A DNA stretch of 62,265 nucleotides, filler included. It is 20 parts of 20 records of this genome, joined end to end, with 100 filler letters (N's around TTAATTAATTAA, not from the genome) between each part and the next. Parts side by side here need not be neighbours in the genome. Positions count along the whole stretch, not along the records: positions 38,069 to 40,518 come from SRR36015645_43599; positions 40,619 to 43,827 come from SRR36015645_43624; positions 43,928 to 46,121 come from SRR36015645_43774; positions 46,222 to 49,058 come from SRR36015645_44700; positions 49,159 to 51,792 come from SRR36015645_44766; 15 more parts are not named here. The stretch is one strand, 5' to 3'. The notes under the pieces are model-generated. The model had not been told where the DNA came from and did no database searches. It saw only the letters and a program-made list of their open reading frames with translations. Position 1 is the stretch's first letter, and every line of letters begins with the position of its first letter. Position numbers and translations under genes: made by a program. This document shows, piece by piece, positions 37,969 through 49,219 of this stretch.

Positions 37969-38276
37969 NNNNNNNNNNNNNNNNNNNNNNNNNNNNNNNN
38001 NNNNNNNNNNNNTTAATTAATTAANNNNNNNNNNNNNNNNNNNNNNNNNNNNNNNNNNNNNNNNNNNNCGTGGCTGTTTATCGCTCTGTGTCAAAAAGTT
38101 TAAATTTCACGTTTTCTGTGTGTCTGTTTATGTATTTGTGTGCAAGTGTGGTTCAGTTATTCAAATAAGGTTTGGAGCAGTGAATAGGATCAACCCAACT
38201 ATCTGGTAAGGTTTAATTAGTGAGATCCGAGGGCAATTGCCTTTGCGATCTCTGGTGATCCCACTTATACCCAAAT

Positions 38277-40518
38277 ATGGCAGATAGCGTACAGGCACTC
38301 ACGGCTGTGCCTGATTGTACACATACAAACCAACATGTACCTGTCAGCTCTCAACAGGTAGGGTGTAGGCCTAAAGATCGATCTATTGTTAGTGATAATA
38401 TAGATAAGTCAGCTGTAGAAAAAATAAATGGAATTAACAAAACGTATGAACATGGGGTTACAGGTAATGGAAATGTACAATGTTTAGATAATAGTAATTT
38501 TCCATGCATCCCAAGTACATGTAGTTCACATTCAAGTGCAACAGTTGCCGAAGGCGGTGTATCGGATGCCAGAAATTTGCATACTACCATGGGAGAGCCG
38601 TGTCAAAGCGAGAACATTCAGCCCCAGGCAAATGCAAATATCATTGGCACAGTAAGTGGAGGGTTATCACAGTCTGACAACTCCACTCACAAAGATTTGC
38701 ATAGTAATGTAGGTGTTGTGAATGCAAATGCAGGAGCCTCAAATACTGAACAAACAAAACAGAACAAGGAAAATGCAAAAACGCGAAATACAGTGGCAAC
38801 AAACAGCTATGCATCAATTCTTAAGAAGCCAGAGGAATTCTACCATCACAGTGACAGAAATAAGGCAATATGTATAAACCTGAATTCAGAAGAAGAAAAA
38901 GTAACTCCCTTGGCCGCGTATATCAACTCTATCTCCGATTTAACTGGCGCAGATAAAATAACCCACACGGCAAAGCGAGGTGGTAAACTTTTTGTCTATT
39001 TCTCAGCAGTAGACCAAGTTGATATGCTGGCTGCAACTGGTATAAGCATAAACGGGCGTTTTAAGGAGGTATACAGAGCGCAGTCCATATATTCAAGCGT
39101 TGTCATTTCAGATGTATTCCCGGACATTCCTAATTTTGCGATAATCGATGCTTTTAGCGGCCTTGACATAAACATTCATAAAATCACCCCAGTCTCATGT
39201 GGTTTCAAAGACCCAAAACTGAGTCACATCATGAGCTTCCGGCGGGAGATCAAATTTTCGGTAAAAAACAGTAATATGATATCAGCTATTCCTCATGAAA
39301 TGTTTCTCGAGTACGGTGAGAACAAAACTCATAAAGTATACATCTCCGAACCCGGAAATCCGCTGTGTTTTTACTGTAATACATATGGACATATCCAGGT
39401 CCACTGTCCTTCAAAAGCTAAAAAACACGGAAAGCGAAATCCAGAAAACCTGACATACCCAAGGCTTAGGCCAATGCAGGCAGAAACTAACAGACAACAG
39501 CCAGATAGTGGGAGAAAAATGTCAGAAGAACAGATGGCAACCTTACAAGATGTACGTAGTACTTTGGATAAAATTCAGCAGCTGAAAAAACAACCTCTCC
39601 AAAGAAAAAGTCCATCCTCAACAGCTGATATAGAGGAGGGAAACATTTCTAGCGAGGTGCAGAGTCAAAATGAAACAAACATACCAGAAAAAGAAAATAC
39701 AAAAGGAAGAAATGCTGTCCCATTACAAACTCACATTAGTGGTGAGTTACCTGGAAAGAAAGATACCACAGAGGGGTTCACAAAGGTAGGCAAAAAGAAG
39801 CGTAAAAAATCTGACAGTCCAAACGAAAATGCAATTACAATAACTCCAAAAAGATACACTACAGAAATAGCTAACCGGTATGACATCCTACAGGAAGAGG
39901 AAGATAAAAATCCTACCGGTACTACAGATACAGGAAGAGAATGCACACAAAATGACGTGAAACAAAAATATTTAAGGCAAGCTAAGAAAATACGAAAAAT
40001 GATAAGTAGTTCATCAAGTGCTGATAGCCAACTTAGCGAGACGGCAGATACGTCTAGCAATGAAATATTGGAAATGCAAGATATTATCACAGCACAAGAT
40101 AAAGAAGTGACGGCAGATAATACCGTGCATGTAGATGATCTTGGCGATATAGCCACAGTAGATCCAAAGGGGATTAAGCCGGCAAATGTTAGACAACACA
40201 AACATGGAAAAGACAATCAGCAGAGTGTGGAATCGAAACATGCAAATAAACAGATAAGCACCACTAATAAAATTGGTGAAGATGACGGTGAAGAACTTTT
40301 TTCGACTCCATCGGGTAGTATGGGCCTGAGTATAAATATGGATACACAGGAAATAGAAAATACAGACGAATCAGACACTGTTAGCACGCAAGATATAATG
40401 CTATCGACGGATGACTCAAGTAAATGCGAACGACCACTAGCAAATGATCGCTTACGCATGCTTCTTCAGGATACAAAGTGCAAGAGACAAAACGAGTGTT
40501 TAAGGATAGCTACAACGT
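38277..40518 (+). CDS. Tx1-like non-LTR ORF1 (gag-like, RRM region plus CCHC knuckle), 3' truncated
   Basis: SYASILKK, VVISDVFPDIPN, LSHIMSFRRE and CFYCNTYGHIQVHC. The C-terminus is homologous to the ORF1 at 6838-7668, which precedes a Tx1-type ORF2. Confidence 0.85.
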
Positions 40519-40618
40519 NNNNNNNNNNNNNNNNNNNNNNNNNNNNNNNNNNNNNNNNNNNNTTAATTAATTAANNNNNNNNNNNNNNNNNNNNNNNNNN
40601 NNNNNNNNNNNNNNNNNN

Positions 40619-43600
40619 GTCTGGCACGTGCTGCACTTTGCCACAAATTCCTCAATGTCCTTATTTATCCCTGGCCAAAATACACATGTTCTGGCACGCG
40701 CTCGGCACTTTTCGATCCCGAAGTGACCAGCATGTATTTTACACAACATGTCGGTGCGGAGGCTTCTCGGTACCATGATACGATCACCTTTGAAAATCAG
40801 CCCGTTCGCATTCGCTAACTCATCACGATAGTTCCAGTGTTCGAGGACGTTAGGCGGACAGTTTTTTCGCTCGGTCGGCCATCCTGACTGGATAACAGTT
40901 TTTAGTGACTGCATCGCAGAGTCATTTTTAGTATGCTCTCGCAGTTCGTCGAGTTTCGGATCACTAAACGGTAGCGTAGCCATCAAGTGATGTACCGCGA
41001 TGTCGGGTCTGTCGGTGAACTCATCCTTCGTCGGCTGTGCATTCGCGACAAGGTTGCGGCTCAAACAATCTGCGATCGGAATGTTCTTACCAGGAATGTA
41101 TCTGATCTCGATATCGTACCGGTATCGCTGTAATTCGATCATCATGGACTGTAGACGTTTTGGAGCCTGTGCCAGAGGTTTTCGCATAATGGATTCAAGC
41201 GGTTTGTGGTCCGTTTCCACAATAGTCTTTCTGCCGTACAGGTACTGGCGGAAACGTTCACATCCGTGGACGATCGCTAGCATCTCACGCTCGATTGGTG
41301 CCCAGTTTTTCTTAGACTCGTCGAGTGCTCGCGACGCATATTCGATAGGCCTCTCATCTTGAAGTAACGCAGCTCCAGTTGCTTTCTCCGAAGCATCGAC
41401 TTGCAAAACAAGATCCTTGTTTGGGTCGTAGAATGCGAGAACTGGAGTTTTCGTGATTATCGCTTTGATTTCAGAAAACGTACGTTCTTGTTGCTCATCC
41501 CAAACAAACACACTGTCTTTTTTCAGTAGATCGCGAAGAGGTGCCGTTAGTTCGCTCAAGTTTGGCGTAAATTTTGCCAAATAATTCACCATGCCGAGAA
41601 TCGATTGCAGCTCGACTTTGTTCGCTGGCGATGCCATGTTGACGATGGCCTCAATTTTGCCTGGATCCGCTTTAACGCCGTCAGCGGATATCACATGTCC
41701 ATAGTACTTCAGCTCGGGAATGTTGAACTTACATTTGCTCAAATTATACCGTTGCCCGTTTTGTCGTGCTCGCTCGAAAGTGCTGCGTAAACGGACTAAA
41801 TGTTCTTCTGGCGTCGGGCCGGCAATAAGAACATCGTCGCTGATACCTTTTACGCCTGGTATCCCTTCATATGTCTCGTCAATGCGACGCTGAAATTCAT
41901 CTTGTGCACAGTTGATTCCGAACGGCATTCTGAGATAACGAAATCGTCCGAATGGCGTATTGAACGTAGTGAGGTAGGATGACGTATCCGAAAGTTTCAT
42001 TTGCCAGTATCCTTTATGAGCGTCTACCTTGCTGAACGTAGTTGAACCACCTAGTTCGTACGTTACATCACCGAGTGTCGGCATTGGGTAGTACGGACGC
42101 TTTATCGCTTTGTTCAGATCTCGTGGATCGAGACACACGCGAATGTCACTATTGCGATTCTGAACAACGACCATGCTGTTTACCCAATCGGTTGGCGCTG
42201 TTACTCGCGCGATGATGCCGGCTTTTTCCATGCGTTCCAGCTCGGCTTTCACCTTATCACGGATCGCGTACGGAAGACGGCGCGGCGGGTGAACAACGGG
42301 TGTTGCTTCATCATTCAGCTTGATGACGTACTCGCCTGGAAATTCGCCAATACCTTCGAACAGATCCTTATAATCGTCGAGTAACTTTTTCAGCTCGGTA
42401 TCGTTTCGACTTTCGACTGAATATGTCAGCTTGACAAGGTTTAGATCGATACAGCCTTGCAAACCGAGAATGGCAGGAGCGTTTTCGTCGCATACATAAA
42501 ATGTCATGTCTCGAGCCGTGTCATTGCGCGAACATGGTAAATCGCAAACACCAACAGTTTTTAACACTTGGCCTCCGTATCCGTGTAGTTGCTGGTCAGT
42601 TTCTTGCAACATGGCGTTAGGAAGTTTGTCGAAAACTGATTTTGGCAAAATGTTTACTTGCGCACCTGTATCTAGTTTTATCCTGATTGGAACACTAGCG
42701 CAGTCAATGGTCGCAAAAGCTTGATCGTGACGTTCTTTTGAATTTATCGAGTCAATAAAGAACTGATCATAGTCTGTCGGTACCTGTTCTGCAGCGTGAA
42801 CCACTTTCTTGTTCGAACGGCAAACTGAAGCGAAATGGTTCATCTTTTTGCACGCGTTACATGTGCGGCCGGCAGCTGGACAATCCTTTTTGTTCGCATG
42901 GTATGCATAGCCACAGTTTGTACACGTACGTTGTGATCTCGGCTGCTGCGGTTTTTTCGATTGTTCATTGAACACAGGTTTAACATACTGTTTGCGTTGA
43001 CGTGTTGACTTTTTAACCGTCTGCACACTTTGTGGCTGCGAATCGCTTTGCATCGATTTTAGCTGACGCTGTGCGCTTTCATGCTGACGGGCAATGTCAA
43101 TAGCAGTTTGTAAATCGAGCGATGCTCCCCTGTTAATGAACCGTTCTCGAACTTTCTGCGAGTTTGTACCATAGACAATACGGTCACGTAGCATTTCATC
43201 GACCATGTTGGTTGGAAAACCACAGTCCTTCACGAGGACTTTTATGTCCGTAACAAAGTCATCAACTGATTCGTGCGCACCTTGCATACGGTTGTAGAAT
43301 TTGTAACGGGCGAATAGGGTATTCGATTTCGGCGTTACATATTGACGGAACTTTGATATGACGGTGCTCAGACTGTCACTGGCTTCTGCTGGGATCGCCG
43401 GAACCGCTGGCAAACCGTCATGTGCCGCGACTGCGTCACTGCCCTGGGCAAATATAAAAGTTGAGAAAATGTCTCGCCCTTTTTCTCCAACCCAGAGTAG
43501 AAAATAGCTCACTTTCTGTTTCTCTACTTTGTCAGCAAGTGGACCAGAAAACATGAGCTCTGCATGTTGCACAAATTTGTCAAATGTTTCTGGCAACGCT

Positions 43601-43647
43601 GGCGTGTCCCAGTTCATAGATGGTTGTGTTAAGCCTATACCTTCCAT
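40619..43647 (-). mobile_element. Ty3/Gypsy (Mag-like) single-ORF gag-pol, 3' truncated in the integrase zinc finger
   Basis: Gag LRDRIVYG with two knuckles (CTNCGYAYH...C, CNACKKMNHFASVC). Protease LDTGAQVN. RT RVCLDPRDLN, RMPFGI and ISDD. RNase H QVDAS and ETDHKPL. Integrase HAGHFG...CSTC. Confidence 0.95.
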
Positions 43648-43798
43648 GATTGTTCATTAATGTCCAGGCGTTACGTTAAGCATGACGATCTTGTGCTCGT
43701 GAGGAGTGCGGGTGACATGAAGCTGTCCCTCATGAATGTTAGTTACGATATTTGACGACGATTTCGCCTATAACCAGCGCATTATGAGCTACTCCTGT

Positions 43799-43810
43799 CT
43801 TCTGACACCA
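43799..43810 (-). promoter_or_regulatory. Primer-binding site TGGTGTCAGAAG directly after a CA-ending 5' LTR end; complementary to a tRNA-Leu 3' end
   Basis: The minus strand reads ...ACACATCA|TGGTGTCAGAAG. This is the complement of the eukaryotic tRNA-Leu 3' end ...CTTCTGACACCA and lies about 150 nt upstream of the gag ATG. Confidence 0.8.
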
Positions 43811-43927
43811 TGATGTGTTATTAAAATNNNNNNNNNNNNNNNNNNNNNNNNNNNNNNNNNNNNNNNNNNNNTTAATTAATTAANNNNNNNNNNNNNNNNN
43901 NNNNNNNNNNNNNNNNNNNNNNNNNNN

Positions 43928-46121
43928 CCAGCCTCACACATGCCGCTTAGCTGCTTGCTGCAGTGATAGTACTGAGCCTTGTCAGCTGCCGTCCAGACCC
44001 ATTGGTTGACACTGCTGTGACGTAGAGTCTTGCCTATCAGTCCTCCACTTGTCTTAGTATCTCTGTTAATGGTTACCTCTATAGTTTGATCATGTGCAAT
44101 TCTGCTGAATGCATTGTCTTCTGTACGCTGAACTGAGAAGTTGCCTGCTAGAAATTCTGCATCAGCATCTGGATGTGTTTCAGGCAGACGCTTCATCTGC
44201 ATTATGTAGACTGGCAAGTAACGAATGTAGTTAGTACGGTCATAGGCTACAATCCACGGAAGCATTTCCTGCAGGCATTGCAAGTGCATGAGCCAATTCC
44301 CTGTTCTGGTTGAGCGAATGAAGTTGAGCAGCAGTTCGACCATATCAATGAACTCTGACCAAAATTGCGCATTTGGACCACATGACATGGTAAAGCGGAC
44401 AAACTCCTCCTTGAAGCTTGCGAATTCTTCAGAATTAATCAGCTCCTCAGAGGTGGCTCGTGAAAGGTCTTGCCGAAATTGTGATACACGTCCCACTATC
44501 TCCAAGAATGCTGGTAAGCTCTCGCCATCTCTCCACCTCAGATACGCATCCCAACGTAGGCGCCACATAGCTTCAAATACCGTCTTCAGAGCATTGATGG
44601 CACGATTGTAGTGACGGCCATTAAGAACTTGATCAACGCTGCCTTCAGCTACAATACCAGCTTCTACAAAAATGTCACGCAAACCTGCGCTCCCATAACG
44701 ACAGCCAATCACATCAATGAGTTTAAGACCAGTGTGAAATGCTCCCAGTCGTAAAACAATACGCTCAAAGTCACCTTTAAGTCTCGGATTGTTAACTACC
44801 TCTACTGCTTTGGCATATACAGCCTGATCTCCTGTGACTATCACAGATTGTTTGTGTATATCATCTAGAACTGATGCTCCATAGTCTACAGTATCAACCA
44901 CTTCGACTGCATTGGAGAGAGCTGTAAAAACAGTGGCAAGTTCATTAGGTGACTCGTTGATTACTGGCATATACCCAACACTATGCGGAAGACTAACATC
45001 ATCACTGCCCTGTAGTAGCTGGTTAGTACGGCTCCATCCGGGCACCAACTGTGAATACTCTGCATCAGGAGTTGACAAGTCAGGTGTCAGTCGTGCCAGC
45101 AGCCAGGCAGTATCCTGGTCATGTGTATGCTCAAGTGACATAGTAGCAGTTGTTATGAAAAAAGCTGCGTCTTTTACGTGTTCCGGACCACAACGTGAGG
45201 CATAAGGGTAATGGCGAAGACTTTTTTCGACAAATGGCAGAGATCTTTGTTTTTTCACATTCCGAGTCGTCATTTCAATTATTTGACCGCGATTGCTTAA
45301 ACTAGGATTTGCAGTATGTACTTTTGACTGTATGATTATTCCGTTTGTGCAATGAGTTGTGCCGTGCCCCGATGGGGTTTCCTCGCAAAAGTCATTATTG
45401 TCAAAAACAAAAGACACTGGTGCGTGTTTGACAATATTAGCAGGAAGCCTCTCATCTCCTTCCTTCTGCCGTAAATCACCAACAGCTGCTTCTATCTCCT
45501 GTAGTTTACTTAATGAAACTGTATAACCATATCCATTGAGCATTGTCACAAGGTCTGTTCTTCCAGTGACTTTACGGACTGCCATAGCAAGTGAAACGTG
45601 TTTAGGTGTCAGCACCCGGCCCTTCCTGACAGCATATAGGATATCCTGACATATCGCTAAAACTCTTGTCTGCTTGGATGCATCTACATCCGTTTGCTGC
45701 TCTGTATACTGTCCATCACCTGACAGTATCCATGATATCAAATTGAAGAGTATTGGGGGCGTCATTGACATTGCCTTGGAAAATGTACAACACTCTGGGG
45801 TTGGTGGATAATCCATGTTGGCTATATCCTGTAGCTGTTGGTGAATATGTAAAGCAATCATGTATGCGTCATGCATTTTGGACTGTTCATCACAAATCGC
45901 TGAAGTGAGTTCATTTTCTATTTGTTCTTCCTGAAGTGCTACTTTCACAACTTTATAATCATGGACTAACGCCCCGACATCCAAGCCATTTGCGAAGAGA
46001 AGCTGGGGAGCATTCTTTTGGGGTGGGTTATGGAAAACAAGTTAATCCCCGAAGTGTGTAACAAGCTTTTCTTTTAGATGCTTAATCAAGGTTGAATGTA
46101 GTTGTGGATCAATATGATATT
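43928..46121 (-). mobile_element. Academ-like DNA transposon transposase fragment with an in-frame stop at 46042-46044
   Basis: TPKHVSL, FDNNDF.EET.SG.GTTH, GDQAVYAKA, LRLGAFH, HYNRA, YDRTNY.RYL and DQTIE.TINRD.K..GG form the pattern I associate with Academ transposases. Upstream, the same frame reads LKEKLVTHFGD*LVFH. Confidence 0.65.
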
Positions 46122-46301
46122 NNNNNNNNNNNNNNNNNNNNNNNNNNNNNNNNNNNNNNNNNNNNTTAATTAATTAANNNNNNNNNNNNNNNNNNNNNNN
46201 NNNNNNNNNNNNNNNNNNNNNTGGGTGGGATGTATCCTGCTCTTATAAAAAAGTGTATTGATATAAAGCACGGTTTCGGAAATTTTATAGGCATGTAAAT
46301 T

Positions 46302-46985
46302 ATGTCAAGGATTCTCCGTACACGAGTGTCTGTGGACTACAAAACTTTACATAATGGAACTAAAGATGTCTGTCCTGAGCTAAAACAACCGTCTTCGTTA
46401 AAGTGTAAATCATGGCCTAAAAACAAATTATGGAACTGTGAAGTGGTTGACAGGAAAGTTTGTGATGGCAAAGAACAGGTATTGGTGCATTACGTTGGAT
46501 ATTCCAATATATATGACGAGTGGAAACCGTGTCAAGAGATTGTGTGCCGCCCACCATATGTGATGCAAAAAGATGCAAGGGCATTATTTTTGAACCAAAG
46601 CCTAATTAAAATTCAAGAACAATTGTGTGGAGCACGAGGAAGATCCTCACTGAAACAAATTCAGATTCCTGTTCAGATGGATACATACGTAGAAACATTT
46701 GGACAGCTTGCACGTACTCAAGATGTATTTGCTGTGCAATCTTTGGCGGATTTGAGTTGTTTGAACGATATGTTAGTGGAGGACTGGCATTCGAGAGTCC
46801 TAAACAAAAATTTTGATTATGCAGAAATAGTCCCAAACACATTTCAGTTTTGTTTGAAGGAGCGCCGTTGTTTGGAGACCTACGATAAGAGTGGACAAAA
46901 ACAATTAATCCATCGTGGATTCTATTGTTTTTTCAAATTTGTTACGCAATGTGGAAATGGGAGAAATTATATCGAAAACCATTAA
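46302..46985 (+). CDS. 227-aa protein with a chromo-barrel (Tudor-knot-like) domain plus an unknown C-terminal domain
   Basis: WNCEVVDRK...VLVHYVGYSNIYDEWK matches the MRG15/MSL3/Tip60 pattern Y.VHY.G.N...DEW. It is a complete ORF with TATA-like words at about 46244 and 46263. Confidence 0.75.
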   Translation: MSRILRTRVSVDYKTLHNGTKDVCPELKQPSSLKCKSWPKNKLWNCEVVDRKVCDGKEQVLVHYVGYSNIYDEWKPCQEIVCRPPYVMQKDARALFLNQSLIKIQEQLCGARGRSSLKQIQIPVQMDTYVETFGQLARTQDVFAVQSLADLSCLNDMLVEDWHSRVLNKNFDYAEIVPNTFQFCLKERRCLETYDKSGQKQLIHRGFYCFFKFVTQCGNGRNYIENH

Positions 46986-47151
46986 AATAATTATGGAAAC
47001 AAACTTGTAAATACATGTATAGCTAGGCGTATATTGGCCTATAGAGACTGTTAGACTTAAAATGTATGTTACTCACATATAATTCACAATGGACTCAGAC
47101 GTACGTCTGTTGGTAACTGTATATAGCTAGAGGCCTACAATTATATTTAAA

Positions 47152-49058
47152 ATGGCATTTCACACGCTTACATGTAACTGTAAAAAGTTGTTGCTATTGG
47201 CATTGGACGAACTTGAGGACAAAGAGAAAATAACTCACAAATGCAGACAATTAACCCAACCAGATATAATAAAAATTGTTGAAAACTTGTGCGGCAACAA
47301 CAGAATAAACATTGTAGACGTTGATCTTGAAAAATCGGCCGACTCGTTAAAAAGAAAAATTGTTAGTATTTTAAAAGACTTTGTAAAGTATAGAAGTAAA
47401 GGTGGAGCAAATAAAGAACGCTTTCTTAATAAACTGAGTGGTGAAACATACCAAGTTCGGATATATGGTCGGCCATCGCCAGTTAAACGTAGGCTAGATG
47501 AAATAATAAATGACTTGGAAGAACAATGTTCGTCATTGAATAAAAAGTTGCGCACTGCACAGTCCTGTACTGACAAAATCAAAACTAAATATAAGAACTT
47601 GTTGTTATCGAAAAATGGCAGAGGGAAGCAAAAAACAATGACAAGCCCTCGGAAGTTAAGTAAACGTACAAGGCAACGACAGAAGAGAAAGTTAATTGAA
47701 ATGTGTGAAAACTTTGTAGAACTAGCTGCAAAAGAAGTAAACATAGACAAAAAAACTGTTCTCGAAGTGATGAACAAAGTAATATCAGTCGAATCAGAAA
47801 AGAACAATCCCATACTAGATAATACACTAGACGAAATTGATATGTTGTTGTATGTGAAAGAGACATTTAACATCTCAAACAATGCTTTTCACGAACTAGC
47901 AATGTTATGTAAAACTTTACCTCGTTCACATCAGTTGAAGAAAAGAATGAAAGCATTGAACGAAACCTACAATGTGTACTCAATGCCCGAAAACATTATC
48001 GGCGCACAGCAATCAATAAAAGACCGCTTAGAATACAGAGTAAAGATATTGATAGACAATAAAAATGGTACTGAGACTTTCGAGGAGACGAAAACTATTC
48101 GTGTTAAACTATCGGGGGATGGTACAAAAATTGGCAAAAGAAATCATGTTATAAACTTTTCCTTTAGCTTGATTGATGAGCCTTTTAGTGCCAGTGTACG
48201 TGGTAGTCACGTGATAGCAGTGTTCAAGTGTCCTGAACGATATTTAGACTTAAAAGTAGCTCTTAGTGATGTGACACGTGAAGTCAATGAATTGAAAAGT
48301 ATTTCGATATATGACCAGGAATACAAAATAGAATACTTTCTCGGAGGAGACATGAAATTTTTAAATGTAGTAATGGGCATAGATGCATGTAACAGTAATT
48401 ATAGCTGCCTGTGGTGTAAGTGTCATAAGTCAGACAGATGTGATGCGGCTAAAATCTGGTCTATGACTGACACTAATTTCGGTGCCCGCACTGTGGAAGA
48501 AATTGCAACTTTTTCTAAGTTGCCACAAAAATCACAGAAATACAATTGCTCTCACGTGCCTATTTTTGACATACCTGTATACAATGTTGTTCCAGATACA
48601 TTACACTTGTATTTAAGAATCGCTGATCAACTTGTAAAGCAGCTCATTCAAGAAATTGAACGCAGTGACAAAATAAATAAGAAACAAGGTAAAAATACCC
48701 TAATGACCAAGTTCGAGGAGTTTGTACACAGTTTGGGCATAGAATGGGCATTTTTCTGTGACAAAACGTCAAACCTGCTACAGTTTCGTGATTTTACTGG
48801 ACCAGAGCACTTTAAAATTGCTGCCAATATAAAACTTGAAGACTTTCTCCGACCAACACTTGATGTAGCAAACATCAAAAAAATATGGAAAAATTTTCAT
48901 GACTTGATGATTTTGCTTCGTGATAATAATCGTGATTTTGACGAGGAAGCAGTACGTAAGGTAGAGCAGGAGAGCACCAACTTTATAGTGTTGTTTAAAA
49001 GACTCTACATGACCAAAGATATTACTCCATATATGCATGTGCTTGTGTGTCATATTCC
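47152..49058 (+). CDS. RAG1/Transib-like DDE transposase, 3' truncated before the catalytic Glu
   Basis: The motifs are collinear with RAG1: VKLSGDG (cf. VKESCDG, D600), GGDMKFLNVVMG...YSCLWC (cf. GYDEKLVREVEG...YICTLC, D708), PDTLH (cf. IDALH) and ITPYMHVLVCHI (cf. ITNYFHKTLAHV). Confidence 0.75.
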
Positions 49059-49158
49059 NNNNNNNNNNNNNNNNNNNNNNNNNNNNNNNNNNNNNNNNNN
49101 NNTTAATTAATTAANNNNNNNNNNNNNNNNNNNNNNNNNNNNNNNNNNNNNNNNNNNN

Positions 49159-49168
49159 CCCCCTTCCT
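49159..49168 (-). promoter_or_regulatory. Probable polypurine tract of the Gypsy element
   Basis: The minus strand reads AGGAAGGGGG at the fragment end, about 50 nt after the integrase stop codon. Confidence 0.55.
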
Positions 49169-49219
49169 AGCACATGTTTACATGTGCGAAAAATAGTATC
49201 GTTATGCTTGCTTGGTGTT

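Noticed and set aside
41830-41850. ISDD instead of YxDD as evidence of a dead RT
   Set aside because: Both catalytic Asp are kept, and non-Tyr residues at this position occur in Mag-like Gypsy elements.
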